From an uncultured Hyphomicrobiales bacterium (GTDB lineage Bacteria > Pseudomonadota > Alphaproteobacteria > Rhizobiales > Xanthobacteraceae), in assembly GCA_964584855.1 (NCBI GenBank), contig CAZPBF010000025.1, forward strand, positions 40,520 to 104,519: DNA of 64,000 nt, given 5' to 3'. The notes under the pieces were generated by a model. It saw only the letters and a program-made list of their open reading frames with translations. It searched no databases and was not told where the DNA came from. Positions 37,172 to 46,784 of this stretch are shown here, one piece after another; the first letter of the stretch is position 1, and every line of letters begins with the position of its first letter. A program made the translations under genes and the position numbers.

Positions 37172-38368
37172 GTGCGCGCCCGGTCCGTTACCCATCTTGC
37201 AGTTCTGCTCGCGCTTCTCGGCGCGGCCTCGGCTTTTGCCGCCGGTGCCCCGACCGGGAAGAAGGAGGACAGTCAGACGACGGCGCCCTACGCGATCCTG
37301 ATCGATGCGAAAACCGGATCGGTGCTTTACGAGAAGAGCGCCGACCAGATGATCCCGCCGGCGAGCCTCGCCAAACTGATGACGGCGGAGGTGGTCTTCA
37401 ACGAATTGAAGGAAGGCAACATCACGCTCGATGACGAAATGCGCATCAGCGAGAACGCTTGGCGCAAGGGCGGGGCTCCGTCCGGGACGTCGACGATGTT
37501 TGCCGTCCTGCACAGCAAGGTCTCCGTGCGCAACCTGATCCAGGCCGTGATCATCCAGTCGGCGAACGACGCCTGCATCGCGCTCGCCGAAGGAATCGCG
37601 GGCAATGAAGCCGACTTCGCCCGTCTGATGAACGGGCGCGCCCGCGAGATCGGTCTGACGCAGTCGAATTTCACCAACCCGACCGGCCTTCCGGACCGTG
37701 ACATGCGCGTCACGCTGCGAGAGCTCGCCGTGCTCGCGCGGCATCTGCAGAAGACCTATCCCGAATTCTACAGCTGGTATGGAGAGCGGGAATTCACCTG
37801 GAACAAGATCCGGCAGCAGAATCGCAATCCGTTGCTTGCGATGAATATCGGCGCCGATGGCTTCAAGACCGGCTTTACGTCGGAAGCCGGATACGCCCTG
37901 GTCGGGTCGGCGGTGCAGAACGATCTCAGGCTCATCGTTGCGATCAGCGGAACGAAATCGGAAAAAGAGCGGGCGGACGAAGGCAAGAAACTGCTCGAAT
38001 GGGGGTTTCACAGTTTCGAGTCACGCGCTTTGTTTTCCAAGGATCAGGCCATCGGCGCTGCGAAGGTGTATGGCGGCGCCCAATCGTATGTGTCGCTTGT
38101 CGCGGACGACGCCGTCGACATGATGGTGCCGCGCAATGGCAGCGAGAAGATCGTGGCCCGAATCGTCTATACGGGCCCGGTCGTCGCGCCCGTGCGCAAG
38201 GGCCAGCGCGTCGGCATGCTTAAGGTCTGGCGCGGCGACGTTCTCGCGCTCGAATCGCCGCTATCCGCGGCGGATGACGTCGGCACCGGAAGCGTCGTCG
38301 GGCGCGCGATCGACGCGGCAGGCGAGGTTTTCACCAGCCTGTTTCGCGCAGGCTTCAAGAAACTCTAG
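37172..38368 (+). CDS. D-alanyl-D-alanine carboxypeptidase (PBP5/6 family serine hydrolase)
   Basis: Signal peptide from GTG 37172 (RBS agga 8 nt upstream). SLAKLMT (SxxK), SAND (SxN) and KTGFT (KTG) motifs. An alternative ATG at 37061 would overlap rlpA. Confidence 0.9.
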   Translation: MRARSVTHLAVLLALLGAASAFAAGAPTGKKEDSQTTAPYAILIDAKTGSVLYEKSADQMIPPASLAKLMTAEVVFNELKEGNITLDDEMRISENAWRKGGAPSGTSTMFAVLHSKVSVRNLIQAVIIQSANDACIALAEGIAGNEADFARLMNGRAREIGLTQSNFTNPTGLPDRDMRVTLRELAVLARHLQKTYPEFYSWYGEREFTWNKIRQQNRNPLLAMNIGADGFKTGFTSEAGYALVGSAVQNDLRLIVAISGTKSEKERADEGKKLLEWGFHSFESRALFSKDQAIGAAKVYGGAQSYVSLVADDAVDMMVPRNGSEKIVARIVYTGPVVAPVRKGQRVGMLKVWRGDVLALESPLSAADDVGTGSVVGRAIDAAGEVFTSLFRAGFKKL

Positions 38369-38390
38369 GACAGGTCGAGATCAGCAGGAA

Positions 38391-39071
38391 ATGCGTGGAC
38401 GTTTCATCACCTTCGAGGGCGGCGAAGGCGCAGGAAAATCCACGCAGGCCGCGCTGCTCGCGGAGCAGCTTCGGCGGCTCGGCATCGGCGTCGAACTGAC
38501 GCGCGAACCGGGGGGGTCGCCCGGGGCCGAGATTATCCGGCATGTGTTGCTGTCGGGGGCAGCAAAACCGCTTGGCCCGGAGATCGAGACGATGCTGTTC
38601 GCCGCCGCGCGCGACGAGCACCTGAACGACCGGATCAGGCCTGCGCTCGCACGGGGCCGTTGGGTGATCTGCGATCGCTTTGCGGATTCGACGCGCGTCT
38701 ATCAGGGAGCCCTTGGCCAGGTGGATGCGCGCATCATCCGGGCGCTCGAACGTCTCACTGTGGGCCGTACCAAACCGTCCCTCACGTTCGTGCTCGATCT
38801 GCCGCCGGAACTCGGACTGCGCCGCGCACAGAAGCGGCGGGGTCTGGCACATGCGGACCGGTTCGAGCAGGAGAGTCTGCAGTTCCACCAGCGTCTGCGC
38901 GACGCCTATCGCAGGATCGTGCAGGAGGAGCCGGACCGCTGCGTGCTGATCGACGCGACGGAGGAGCCGGATTTCATCGCAGAACAGATCTGGCGCATCG
39001 TCGAGGAGCGATTGTCGCCGGCGACTGCGAAGGCGTATCTGGATCGATCGCCGCATGAACGAAGCGCCTGA
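38391..39071 (+). CDS. tmk: dTMP kinase
   Basis: MRGRFITFEGGEGAGKSTQ P-loop start. Internal ATG 38391. Confidence 0.93.
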   Translation: MRGRFITFEGGEGAGKSTQAALLAEQLRRLGIGVELTREPGGSPGAEIIRHVLLSGAAKPLGPEIETMLFAAARDEHLNDRIRPALARGRWVICDRFADSTRVYQGALGQVDARIIRALERLTVGRTKPSLTFVLDLPPELGLRRAQKRRGLAHADRFEQESLQFHQRLRDAYRRIVQEEPDRCVLIDATEEPDFIAEQIWRIVEERLSPATAKAYLDRSPHERSA

Positions 39072-40107
39072 CGACGCAACCCACGAGCACCCGCGCTCGA
39101 CGCTACGCCTTCACGGGCACGCCGACGCCGAGCGGGAATTGCTCGACGCGTATCGCGGCGGCCGGCTGCCCCATGCGTGGCTGATCGGAGGTCCTCCGGG
39201 TATCGGCAAGGCGACGCTTGCCTATCGGATGGCGCGTTTCGTGCTGGCCAACCCCGACCCCACTTCTCGCGCAGTACAGAGCGCGGAGGCACTCGATGTC
39301 CCTTCGGATCATCCGGCCGCAATCAAGATCGCAAGCCAGTCTCACACCGGCCTGCTCGTGCTCAAGCGCGAAATCAACGACACCACAGGAAAGCTCTATA
39401 CCGATATCCGCGTCGACGACGTCCGGCGTCTGACTGGATTTTTCGGTGCGACCGCGGGCGAGGGCGGCTGGCGCGTCGCGATCATCGATTCCGTCGAAGA
39501 GCTGAATGCTGCGGGCGAAAATACGATCCTCAAGATCCTGGAAGAGCCACCGGCGCGCGCATTGCTTCTGCTGGTCAGCCATGCGCCCGGACGAGTTCCT
39601 GCGACGATCCGCTCGCGGTGTCGCAAACTCATCCTGCGCCCGCTGGCCAAGGACGTCATGGTGCGGGCGCTGGCCGAAAGGACCGGCCTCGATCCTGCGG
39701 ACACGGACATCCGGACAGCGGCAGCGTTAGGAGAGGGCAGTCTTGCGCGCGCGCTGTCCCTCCTCGACGGCGATGCCCTCGAATTGCGCCAGCGTATCGA
39801 GACGTTGCTCGACCGGCTGCCGGCGCTCGATCCGCAGGCGCTGCACGCGCTCGGCGATTCCTTCACCGGGGCCGACCAGCGGGCCTTTGCCGCCTTCATC
39901 GATACGGTGAATGCGTGGATGTCGGCCCGGCTGCGTGCAAGCCTGCAGGACCAAGGCAAGCATCCCGACACCGGCAGGCTCGTGCGCCTCGCCCAAGCCT
40001 GGGAGCACACCAACCGTGCCGCCGCAGAGGCCGAGGCATACAATCTCGACCGCAAACCGCTTATTTTCTCGGTCTTCAGTCAACTTGCCGAAGCGGCGAG
40101 CGGTTGA
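39055..40107 (+). CDS. holB: DNA polymerase III subunit delta prime
   Basis: HAWLIGGPPGIGKATLAYRMARFVL is a degenerate AAA+ P-loop. The tmk-holB order is conserved. Confidence 0.88.
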   Translation: MNEAPDDATHEHPRSTLRLHGHADAERELLDAYRGGRLPHAWLIGGPPGIGKATLAYRMARFVLANPDPTSRAVQSAEALDVPSDHPAAIKIASQSHTGLLVLKREINDTTGKLYTDIRVDDVRRLTGFFGATAGEGGWRVAIIDSVEELNAAGENTILKILEEPPARALLLLVSHAPGRVPATIRSRCRKLILRPLAKDVMVRALAERTGLDPADTDIRTAAALGEGSLARALSLLDGDALELRQRIETLLDRLPALDPQALHALGDSFTGADQRAFAAFIDTVNAWMSARLRASLQDQGKHPDTGRLVRLAQAWEHTNRAAAEAEAYNLDRKPLIFSVFSQLAEAASG

Positions 40108-40182
40108 TAGCTAAACAACCACGTTGGCCGGGCGCCGCGTTTGCGTTCCCGGCCATTCTCGTTTCCGGGTAATCGAAGGCCG

Positions 40183-41736
40183 ATGGGCAAGCCCTATTAC
40201 ATCACGACCGCGATCAGCTACCCCAATGGCCCCCCGCATATCGGCCACGCCTACGAGGTGATTGCGACCGACGCCATCGCGCGCTTCATGCGGCTGGATG
40301 GATACGACGTCTATTTTCTCACGGGCACCGACGAGCACGGCCAGAAGATCCAGCAGACCGCGACGCGCGAAGGCATCGAACCGCAGGCGCTCGTCGACCG
40401 CAACGTCGAGCGCTTCCGGGCGATGGTCGAGCGCATGGGCTGTTCGAACGACGATTTCATCCGCACGACCGAGGAGCGGCATCACCGTTCGTCCGCGGCA
40501 ATCTGGCAGCGTATGGAGAAGAACGGCGACATCTATCTCGACAAATATGCCGGATGGTATTCGGTTCGAGACGAGGCCTATTACGCCGAGGACGAGACGC
40601 ACCTGAACGAGCAAAAGGTGCGCGTCGCCTCCAAGACCGGGACGCCGGTCGAATGGGTCGAGGAGGAGAGCTATTTCTTCCGCCTGTCCGCGTATCAGCA
40701 GAAGCTGCTCGACCTCTATGCGAGCGTTCCCGATTTCGTGCTTCCGAAGGAGAGGCTCAACGAAGTGGCGAGCTTCGTGCGCGGCGGATTGCAGGACCTC
40801 TCGATCTCGCGGACGACCTTCGATTGGGGCATCCGCGTGCCGGACGCGGACGAGCACATCATGTATGTGTGGGTCGACGCGCTGACGAATTACATCACTG
40901 GGGTCGGATTTCCTGATACCGACAGTCCGCAATTCAAGAAATTCTGGCCGGCCGACCTGCATGTGATCGGCAAGGACATCGTGCGCTTTCACGCGGTTTA
41001 TTGGCCGGCCTTTCTCATGTCGGCGCAGATTGCCGTGCCAAAGAGAATCTTCAGTCACGGCTTCCTGTTCAACCGCGGCGAGAAGATGTCGAAATCGGTC
41101 GGCAACGTCATCGATCCGTTTTCGCTTGCCGACGCGTATGGCGTCGATCCGTTGCGCTATTTCTTTCTGCGCGAGGTTCCGTTCGGGCAGGACGGCAATT
41201 ACAGCCATGAAGCGATCGTCAACCGGATCAATGCCGATCTGGCCAACGACCTCGGCAATCTTGCGCAACGCTCGCTCACCATGATCGGCAAGCAGCTCGG
41301 CGGGACGCTGCCGAAGCCCGGCGCTTTCTCCGAGAATGACAAGGCGATCCTCGCATCCGCGGATACGCTGATTTCAGTCGCGCGCGACGCGATGAAAACG
41401 CAGCAGCTGCACCAGATGCTCAATGCGGTCTGGGCTGTCGTTGGGGACGCCAATCGCTACTTCGCAGGCGAAGCGCCGTGGGCGCTCGCCAAGACCGATC
41501 CCGCGCGGCAGGGTACGGTGCTTTACGTCACGGCAGAGGTCATTCGGCAGGTCGCGATCCTCGTGCAGCCGGTGATGCCGACATCCGCCTCGAGGCTGCT
41601 CGATATTCTCGGGGTCTCTAAGGACGCGCGCACCTTCGCGGCCCTCGGCACGCGTCTTGCCGCGGGCTCCGCGCTGCCGGCGCCAAGTCCGGTCTTCCCG
41701 CGTTACGTAGAGCCCGAGACCGGCACGCCCGCGTGA
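40183..41736 (+). CDS. metG: Methionine--tRNA ligase
   Basis: PHIGHAYE (HIGH) and EKMSKSVGN (KMSKS) motifs. Start at ATG 40183 with RBS gaagg. Confidence 0.96.
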   Translation: MGKPYYITTAISYPNGPPHIGHAYEVIATDAIARFMRLDGYDVYFLTGTDEHGQKIQQTATREGIEPQALVDRNVERFRAMVERMGCSNDDFIRTTEERHHRSSAAIWQRMEKNGDIYLDKYAGWYSVRDEAYYAEDETHLNEQKVRVASKTGTPVEWVEEESYFFRLSAYQQKLLDLYASVPDFVLPKERLNEVASFVRGGLQDLSISRTTFDWGIRVPDADEHIMYVWVDALTNYITGVGFPDTDSPQFKKFWPADLHVIGKDIVRFHAVYWPAFLMSAQIAVPKRIFSHGFLFNRGEKMSKSVGNVIDPFSLADAYGVDPLRYFFLREVPFGQDGNYSHEAIVNRINADLANDLGNLAQRSLTMIGKQLGGTLPKPGAFSENDKAILASADTLISVARDAMKTQQLHQMLNAVWAVVGDANRYFAGEAPWALAKTDPARQGTVLYVTAEVIRQVAILVQPVMPTSASRLLDILGVSKDARTFAALGTRLAAGSALPAPSPVFPRYVEPETGTPA

Positions 41737-42533
41737 CCATGCTGATCGACAGCCATTGCCATCTCGATTTTCCCGATTTCGCCGGCGACCTCGACGGCAT
41801 TGTCGCACGCGCAAGGTCGGCGAACATCGGTCGCATTGTGACGATTTCGACGCGGGTGCGCCGCCTGCCTGATTTGCTAGCGCTCGCCGAGCGATTTCCC
41901 GACGTGTTTTGCTCGGTCGGCACGCACCCTCATCACGCTCATGAAGAACTCGATATCTCCGCAGACGATCTCGCAGATCACACGCGCCATCCGAAGGTGG
42001 TCGCGATCGGCGAGGCCGGCCTCGACTATCACTACGACAACAGCCCGCGCGACGCGCAGGAGAAGGGCTTTCGCGCGCATATCACGGCCGCGAGGAAGAC
42101 CGGGCTTCCGCTCGTGATCCATTCGCGCGAGGCGGACGACGACATGGCGAAAATTCTCGAGGAAGAAACGGGGAAGGGCGCCTTCCCCGCGGTCCTGCAT
42201 TGCTTCACCGGCGGCCGTGACCTCGCGCATCGTGCCATCGCGCTTGGCCATTTCATTTCGTTCACGGGAATTCTCACGTTCAAGAATTCCAGCGCGCTTC
42301 GCGAGATCGCTGCGGGGCTGCCAGCCGACCGGATCCTGGTCGAAACGGATGCGCCATATCTTGCGCCCGCGTCGCATCGTGGCAAGCGCAACGAGCCGGC
42401 TTATGTTACGGAGACAGCCATGGTGCTGGCTCAGACGCGCGGCGTCTCACCGGATGAAATGGCGCGCCAGACGACCGACAATTTTTTCCGGCTGTTCAGC
42501 AAAGTGCCGCGCCCGACATCGGTCGCCGCATGA
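41733..42533 (+). CDS. tatD: TatD-family metal-dependent hydrolase
   Basis: [11 protein letters not shown]-terminal His motif and the TatD pattern VIHSREA...ETDAPYL. The start is GTG 41733 or ATG 41739. Confidence 0.9.
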   Translation: MTMLIDSHCHLDFPDFAGDLDGIVARARSANIGRIVTISTRVRRLPDLLALAERFPDVFCSVGTHPHHAHEELDISADDLADHTRHPKVVAIGEAGLDYHYDNSPRDAQEKGFRAHITAARKTGLPLVIHSREADDDMAKILEEETGKGAFPAVLHCFTGGRDLAHRAIALGHFISFTGILTFKNSSALREIAAGLPADRILVETDAPYLAPASHRGKRNEPAYVTETAMVLAQTRGVSPDEMARQTTDNFFRLFSKVPRPTSVAA

Positions 42534-43348
42534 CGCTGACGTTGACCATCCTCGGCTGCGGGTCATCGGCCGGAGTGCCGCGGCCGGCGCTCGGCTGGGG
42601 GGCGTGCGATCCGAACAACCCGAGGAACCGGCGGCGGCGCTGTTCGCTGCTGGTCGAGCGGCGTTCCCCCGAAGGCGGGCGAACTTGCGTTCTGATCGAC
42701 ACGTCGCCCGACCTTCGGGAGCAGTTGATCGACGCTAATGTGGACTGGCTCGACGCCGTATTGTTCACCCACGACCACGCCGACCATACCCACGGCATCG
42801 ACGACCTGCGGTCGCTGTTCATTCGGAAGCGCAAGCGCATCGACGTTTACCTTGACGCGCGGACGTCCGAAGTGATGCACGCGCGGTTCAGCTATTGCTT
42901 CATCAGCGCGCCCGGCAGCGACTATCCGCCGATCGTCTCGGAGCGCGAACTGATCGCCGGGAAAGCCGTGACCGTGGATGGCGAAGGCGGCCCGATCACG
43001 GCGCTGCCGGTGACCGTTCAGCACGGTTCGATTCCGGCCTTCGGCTTCCGCATTGGCAACGTTTTCTATTCGCCCGACATCAGCGGCCTTGCTCCCGAGG
43101 CCGAACGTGCCATGGCAGGGCTCGACCTCTGGATCGTCGATGCGTTGCGATACGCGCCTCATCCGAGCCATTTCAGCCTTTCAGAATCGATCGAGGCGAT
43201 CGGCCGGACCGGAGCCAAGCGCGGAATCCTCACTCACATGCACGCGGATCTCGACTACGAGACGGTCCGCGCGAAGCTGCCGGAGCATATCCAGCCGGCT
43301 TTCGACGGCTTGCAGATTGCCATAGAGGCGCCGGGCGCTTCTTCTTAA
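42530..43348 (+). CDS. MBL-fold metallo-hydrolase (PhnP-like)
   Basis: ILGCGSSAGVP and the THDHADH metal-binding motif. Confidence 0.85.
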   Translation: MTLTLTILGCGSSAGVPRPALGWGACDPNNPRNRRRRCSLLVERRSPEGGRTCVLIDTSPDLREQLIDANVDWLDAVLFTHDHADHTHGIDDLRSLFIRKRKRIDVYLDARTSEVMHARFSYCFISAPGSDYPPIVSERELIAGKAVTVDGEGGPITALPVTVQHGSIPAFGFRIGNVFYSPDISGLAPEAERAMAGLDLWIVDALRYAPHPSHFSLSESIEAIGRTGAKRGILTHMHADLDYETVRAKLPEHIQPAFDGLQIAIEAPGASS

Positions 43349-43385
43349 GGCATTGGTCCAGTTGAGCGATTTCGCCTGCCCAATA

Positions 43386-43413
43386 ATATTCCATAATATG
43401 TCTTATGCGAATT
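43386..43413 (-). other. dif-like XerC/XerD chromosome-dimer-resolution site
   Basis: The minus strand reads AATTCGCATAA-GACATA-TTATGGAATAT, compared with E. coli dif GGTGCGCATAA-TGTATA-TTATGTTAAAT. It has the CATAA-N6-TTATG inverted core and matches about 23 of 28 positions of the degenerate proteobacterial dif consensus as I recall it. It is the most AT-rich stretch I noticed in the intergenic regions I read. Confidence 0.55.
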
Positions 43414-43495
43414 GAAGATGCGGTAAAGCGGATCGGGAACCCGAATGCGGTGCGGCCGTTGATCAGCGCCCACTCCCAGCACGAGGATTTTTACC

Positions 43496-44035
43496 GTGAC
43501 CAAGGTTCGTACGCTTGAACACCGCGACCGGCCGAATTCCAGGCTCGATACGCCGACCGATCTTTCCCCCGATGCCGTAAGAGACATTTCGAAGGCGTTG
43601 AATGCGATCCTGGCCGATGCGTTTGCGCTCTACCTCAAGACCAAGAATTTCCACTGGCACGTCAGCGGACCGAATTTCCGCGATTATCATCTCCTGCTTG
43701 ACGAACAGGCGGAGCAGATTTTCGGGACGACCGACGAACTCGCCGAGCGCGTCCGCAAGATCGGCGGACTCACGCTCCGCTCGATCGGCGATATCGCCAA
43801 GCATCAGACGATCAAGGACAACGATCAGAGCTTCGTCGCTCCCCTCGACATGATCCGTGAGCTGATGGCCGACAACAAGCACGTCGCCAAGGCGATGCGC
43901 GAGGCACACGACCTGTGCGACAAGCACGAGGATGCGGCGACAGCAAGCCTGCTCGAAGTCTGGATCGACCAGACCGAGCGCCGCACCTGGTTCCTATTCG
44001 AAACCAGCCGCGCGGCCGACCGCTCCGGCCATTAA
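43496..44035 (+). CDS. dps: Dps (DNA starvation/stationary-phase protection protein)
   Basis: LADAFALYLKTKNFHWHVSGPNFRDYHLLLDEQ is the ferroxidase-centre motif. GTG start with RBS gagga 8 nt upstream. Confidence 0.93.
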   Translation: MTKVRTLEHRDRPNSRLDTPTDLSPDAVRDISKALNAILADAFALYLKTKNFHWHVSGPNFRDYHLLLDEQAEQIFGTTDELAERVRKIGGLTLRSIGDIAKHQTIKDNDQSFVAPLDMIRELMADNKHVAKAMREAHDLCDKHEDAATASLLEVWIDQTERRTWFLFETSRAADRSGH

Positions 44036-44060
44036 CGGTCTCGATTCATCATTGCTCGCA

Positions 44061-44093
44061 ACCCCGGCCCTGTCGGCCGGGGTTTTGCTTTTC
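44061..44093 (+). terminator. Intrinsic terminator after dps
   Basis: CCCCGGCC-ctgtc-GGCCGGGG followed by TTTTGCTTTT. Confidence 0.85.
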
Positions 44094-44149
44094 TGTGGAC
44101 GGCGCGTGACAGGATCGCCGTTCGCAATCCGCTTTGATAGCGTCGCACG

Positions 44150-44947
44150 ATGAAACCGTCGCGCGACATTTTCCGGCTGATCGAGATTATGGCGGCGCTG
44201 CGCACGCCGGGAAGCGGCTGTCCATGGGATCTGCAGCAGACCTTCGAGACCATCGCGCCTTATACCATCGAAGAAGCCTACGAGGTGGCGGACGCCATCG
44301 CGCGATCCGATCATTACGAGTTGAAGGACGAGTTGGGCGATCTCCTGCTTCAGGTCGTGTTTCACGCCCGGATGGCCGAAGAGCAAGGCACTTTCGATTT
44401 CGGCAGCGTAGTCGAGGCCATCACGACCAAGCTCATTCGGCGGCACCCTCATGTCTTCGGCGATCGTCAGGGCCTGTCTCCCGACGATGTGAAGACGCTC
44501 TGGCATAGGATCAAGGCCGAAGAAAAGGCTGCGCGGCCGGACCGCGCGACCGGCGCTCTCGCCGGCGTTCCGGTCGGCCTGCCCGCGCTCACGCGCGCGC
44601 TCAAGCTGCAACAGAAAGCGGGCGCCGTCGGGTTCGACTGGAACGATCCGCTCGCGGTATTGGCCAAGATCCGCGAAGAAACTGGAGAGATTTCCGAAGC
44701 GCTGCAGGCGAACGACAAGAAGGCCGTCGCCGAAGAGATCGGCGATCTTCTGTTCGCCGTCGTCAATCTCGCGCGGCACCTCGACGCCGATCCGGAAAGC
44801 GTTTTGCGCGGGACGAACGCGAAGTTCGAGAGACGCTTTGCGTCCGTCGAGGCTTCGCTCGCGGCCGATGGCAAGCGGCCGCAGGATGCGAGCCTGTCGG
44901 AAATGGACGCGCTATGGAATGCGGCGAAGGCGGCCGAGCGGTCCTGA
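44150..44947 (+). CDS. mazG: Nucleoside triphosphate pyrophosphohydrolase MazG
   Basis: CPWDLQQTFETIAPYTIEEAYEVADAI and two EELGDLLF-type repeats (DELGDLLLQVVFH, EEIGDLLFAVVNL). Confidence 0.93.
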   Translation: MKPSRDIFRLIEIMAALRTPGSGCPWDLQQTFETIAPYTIEEAYEVADAIARSDHYELKDELGDLLLQVVFHARMAEEQGTFDFGSVVEAITTKLIRRHPHVFGDRQGLSPDDVKTLWHRIKAEEKAARPDRATGALAGVPVGLPALTRALKLQQKAGAVGFDWNDPLAVLAKIREETGEISEALQANDKKAVAEEIGDLLFAVVNLARHLDADPESVLRGTNAKFERRFASVEASLAADGKRPQDASLSEMDALWNAAKAAERS

Positions 44948-44972
44948 CCCGCTCAATACGCCTGCGTATGCC

Positions 44973-46343
44973 CTATTCGGCGGGCGCAGGAAATTTGGCC
45001 CTGACCTGCGCCAGTTTCGCAGGATCGGCGCGCACCTTCATAGCCATGCCGCCATCGGGCTGCAGCGATTTTTCCAGCACTTCAGTGTTGCGATAGAGCC
45101 AGCTCGCGCCTGCGCCGTCCGCCGGATCAAGCACGAGGTCAATCTCGACACGACGCGCGCCGAGCCGGTTCTCGATGGCAGTCAACAGAGTATCGACCCC
45201 CTCGCCGGTCAACGCCGAAACTAGCGCCGGCCGATGGCTTTCCTCCCGGCGTTCGGCGAGATTGACGAGGCGCGCACGCTCGTGCGCGGGCAGCCCGTCG
45301 ATCTTGTTCCACACCTCGATCAGCCGCTCGTCATTCGGCTCGATGCCGAGCGAATGCAAGACATTCTCGACATCGTGAAGCTGTGCATCGGCATCGCCGT
45401 GGGAAATGTCGCGCACGTGCAGAATGGCGTCGGCCTCGATCACTTCTTCCAGTGTTGCACGGAATGCAGCGACCAGCATCGTCGGCAGCTCGGATATGAA
45501 ACCCACCGTGTCGGACAGGATCACCTTGGTGCCGTGCGCAAGCTTGATCGCGCGCAGCGTCGGATCGAGCGTTGCGAACAGCATGTCCGCTTCGAGGACC
45601 GTGGCGCGGGTCATACGATTGAACAGCGTCGACTTGCCGGCATTGGTGTAACCGACCAGCGCGACGATCGGGTACGGCACGCGCCGCCTGCTCTCGCGAT
45701 GCAGCTTGCGGCGGCTCTTGACCTTGTCGAGTTCCGCCTCGATCCGCGCGATCCGATCTTCGATCACGCGCCGGTCAGCCTCGATCTGCGTTTCGCCCGG
45801 CCCGCCGAGAAATCCGAAGCCGCCACGCTGACGCTCCAGATGCGTCCACGATCGGACGAGCCGGCTTTTTTGATAGGTCAGATGCGCGTGTTCCACCTGC
45901 AGCACGCCCTCGCGGGTGTGCGCGCGACGTCCGAAGATTTCGAGGATGAGGCCGGTGCGATCGAGCACCTTCGCATTCCATGCCTTTTCCAGGTTCCGCT
46001 GCTGCACCGGTGACAGCGCGCCGTCCACAACGACGAGCCCCGCCTCCTCGCTCTGAACAAGGCCGGCGATCTCGTCGACCTTTCCTTTGCCGATGAAGGT
46101 TGCGGGACGGATATCGTTTAGCGCGACGATGCCCGCATAGACGACGGTGAGATCGATCGCGAGCGCAAGCCCGATCGCCTCCTCAAGCCGTGCCTGAGGC
46201 GCGCGCTCGGCGGCCTGTCGCGAAGACGCCACGGCCGGTTTCACGGCGCGGCGAAGGTACGGGCCGATAACGATCGCGCGGCCCGTGTCCGAGCGCTTCG
46301 CGCTCAGACCGTCGGACCGTGGATCACGCTGCCGTAGCTCCAA
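44973..46343 (-). CDS. hflX: GTPase HflX
   Basis: G-domain VALVGYTNAGKSTLFN, DTVGF, NKID. The first codon is TTG (46341-46343), directly abutting the hfq stop, so the exact start is uncertain. Confidence 0.93.
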   Translation of the reverse strand: MELRQRDPRSDGLSAKRSDTGRAIVIGPYLRRAVKPAVASSRQAAERAPQARLEEAIGLALAIDLTVVYAGIVALNDIRPATFIGKGKVDEIAGLVQSEEAGLVVVDGALSPVQQRNLEKAWNAKVLDRTGLILEIFGRRAHTREGVLQVEHAHLTYQKSRLVRSWTHLERQRGGFGFLGGPGETQIEADRRVIEDRIARIEAELDKVKSRRKLHRESRRRVPYPIVALVGYTNAGKSTLFNRMTRATVLEADMLFATLDPTLRAIKLAHGTKVILSDTVGFISELPTMLVAAFRATLEEVIEADAILHVRDISHGDADAQLHDVENVLHSLGIEPNDERLIEVWNKIDGLPAHERARLVNLAERREESHRPALVSALTGEGVDTLLTAIENRLGARRVEIDLVLDPADGAGASWLYRNTEVLEKSLQPDGGMAMKVRADPAKLAQVRAKFPAPAE

Positions 46344-46607
46344 TCAGACCTTTTCCCCTGCCGATGCACCCTCTTCGGCCCCCTCGAACAGCTGAATGGG
46401 GTGGCCCGGCATGATCGTCGAGATCGCGTGCTTGTAGACGAGCTGCGAATGCCCGTCCCGTCGCAGCAGCACGCAGAAATTATCGAACCAGGTCACAACG
46501 CCCTGGAGCTTGACTCCGTTCACCAGAAAAATAGTGAGCGGAATCTTCGCTTTACGAACATGATTGAGAAAGGTGTCCTGCAGATTTTGAGCGCGTTCGG
46601 CTGCCAT
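46344..46607 (-). CDS. hfq: RNA chaperone Hfq
   Basis: [57 protein letters not shown] carries the Sm1/Sm2 motifs. Confidence 0.98.
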   Translation of the reverse strand: MAAERAQNLQDTFLNHVRKAKIPLTIFLVNGVKLQGVVTWFDNFCVLLRRDGHSQLVYKHAISTIMPGHPIQLFEGAEEGASAGEKV

Positions 46608-46628
46608 GGCCGTGCTTCCATTTTTTGC

Positions 46629-46652
46629 CCCGCGGTCCCCTGATTCCGCGGG
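46629..46652 (-). promoter_or_regulatory. Hairpin flanked by A-tracts in the hfq leader (reads as a T-tailed hairpin on the plus strand)
   Basis: CCCGCGG-10 nt-CCGCGGG. On the hfq (minus) strand: AAAAACAA-hairpin-GCAAAAAATGGAAGCACGGCC-ATG. Confidence 0.35.
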
Positions 46653-46784
46653 TTGTTTTTGCCAAGTCGCATCGTCCCTCGTTTTTGTTGCCTACGAGGA
46701 CTTGGGGCATTGTCATTAGATGGCACCCAAGGCAGGCGCGCAAGGGGCCGCGGCCGCCCAGGCGTCGCAGGGCGAGGCGGCCGA

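Noticed and set aside
40111-41268. 385-aa ORF antisense to metG, and comparable ORFs at 55501-56589 (opposite ispDF), 57362-58693 (opposite lipA/lpd), 60428-61519 and 60661-61764
   Set aside because: These are antisense to genes with diagnostic motifs (HIGH/KMSKS, IspD/IspF, radical SAM). Across 60.9-61.7 kb I preferred the minus-strand 255-aa ORF because of its balanced composition and ATGA coupling. The alternatives are Arg/Gly/His-rich.
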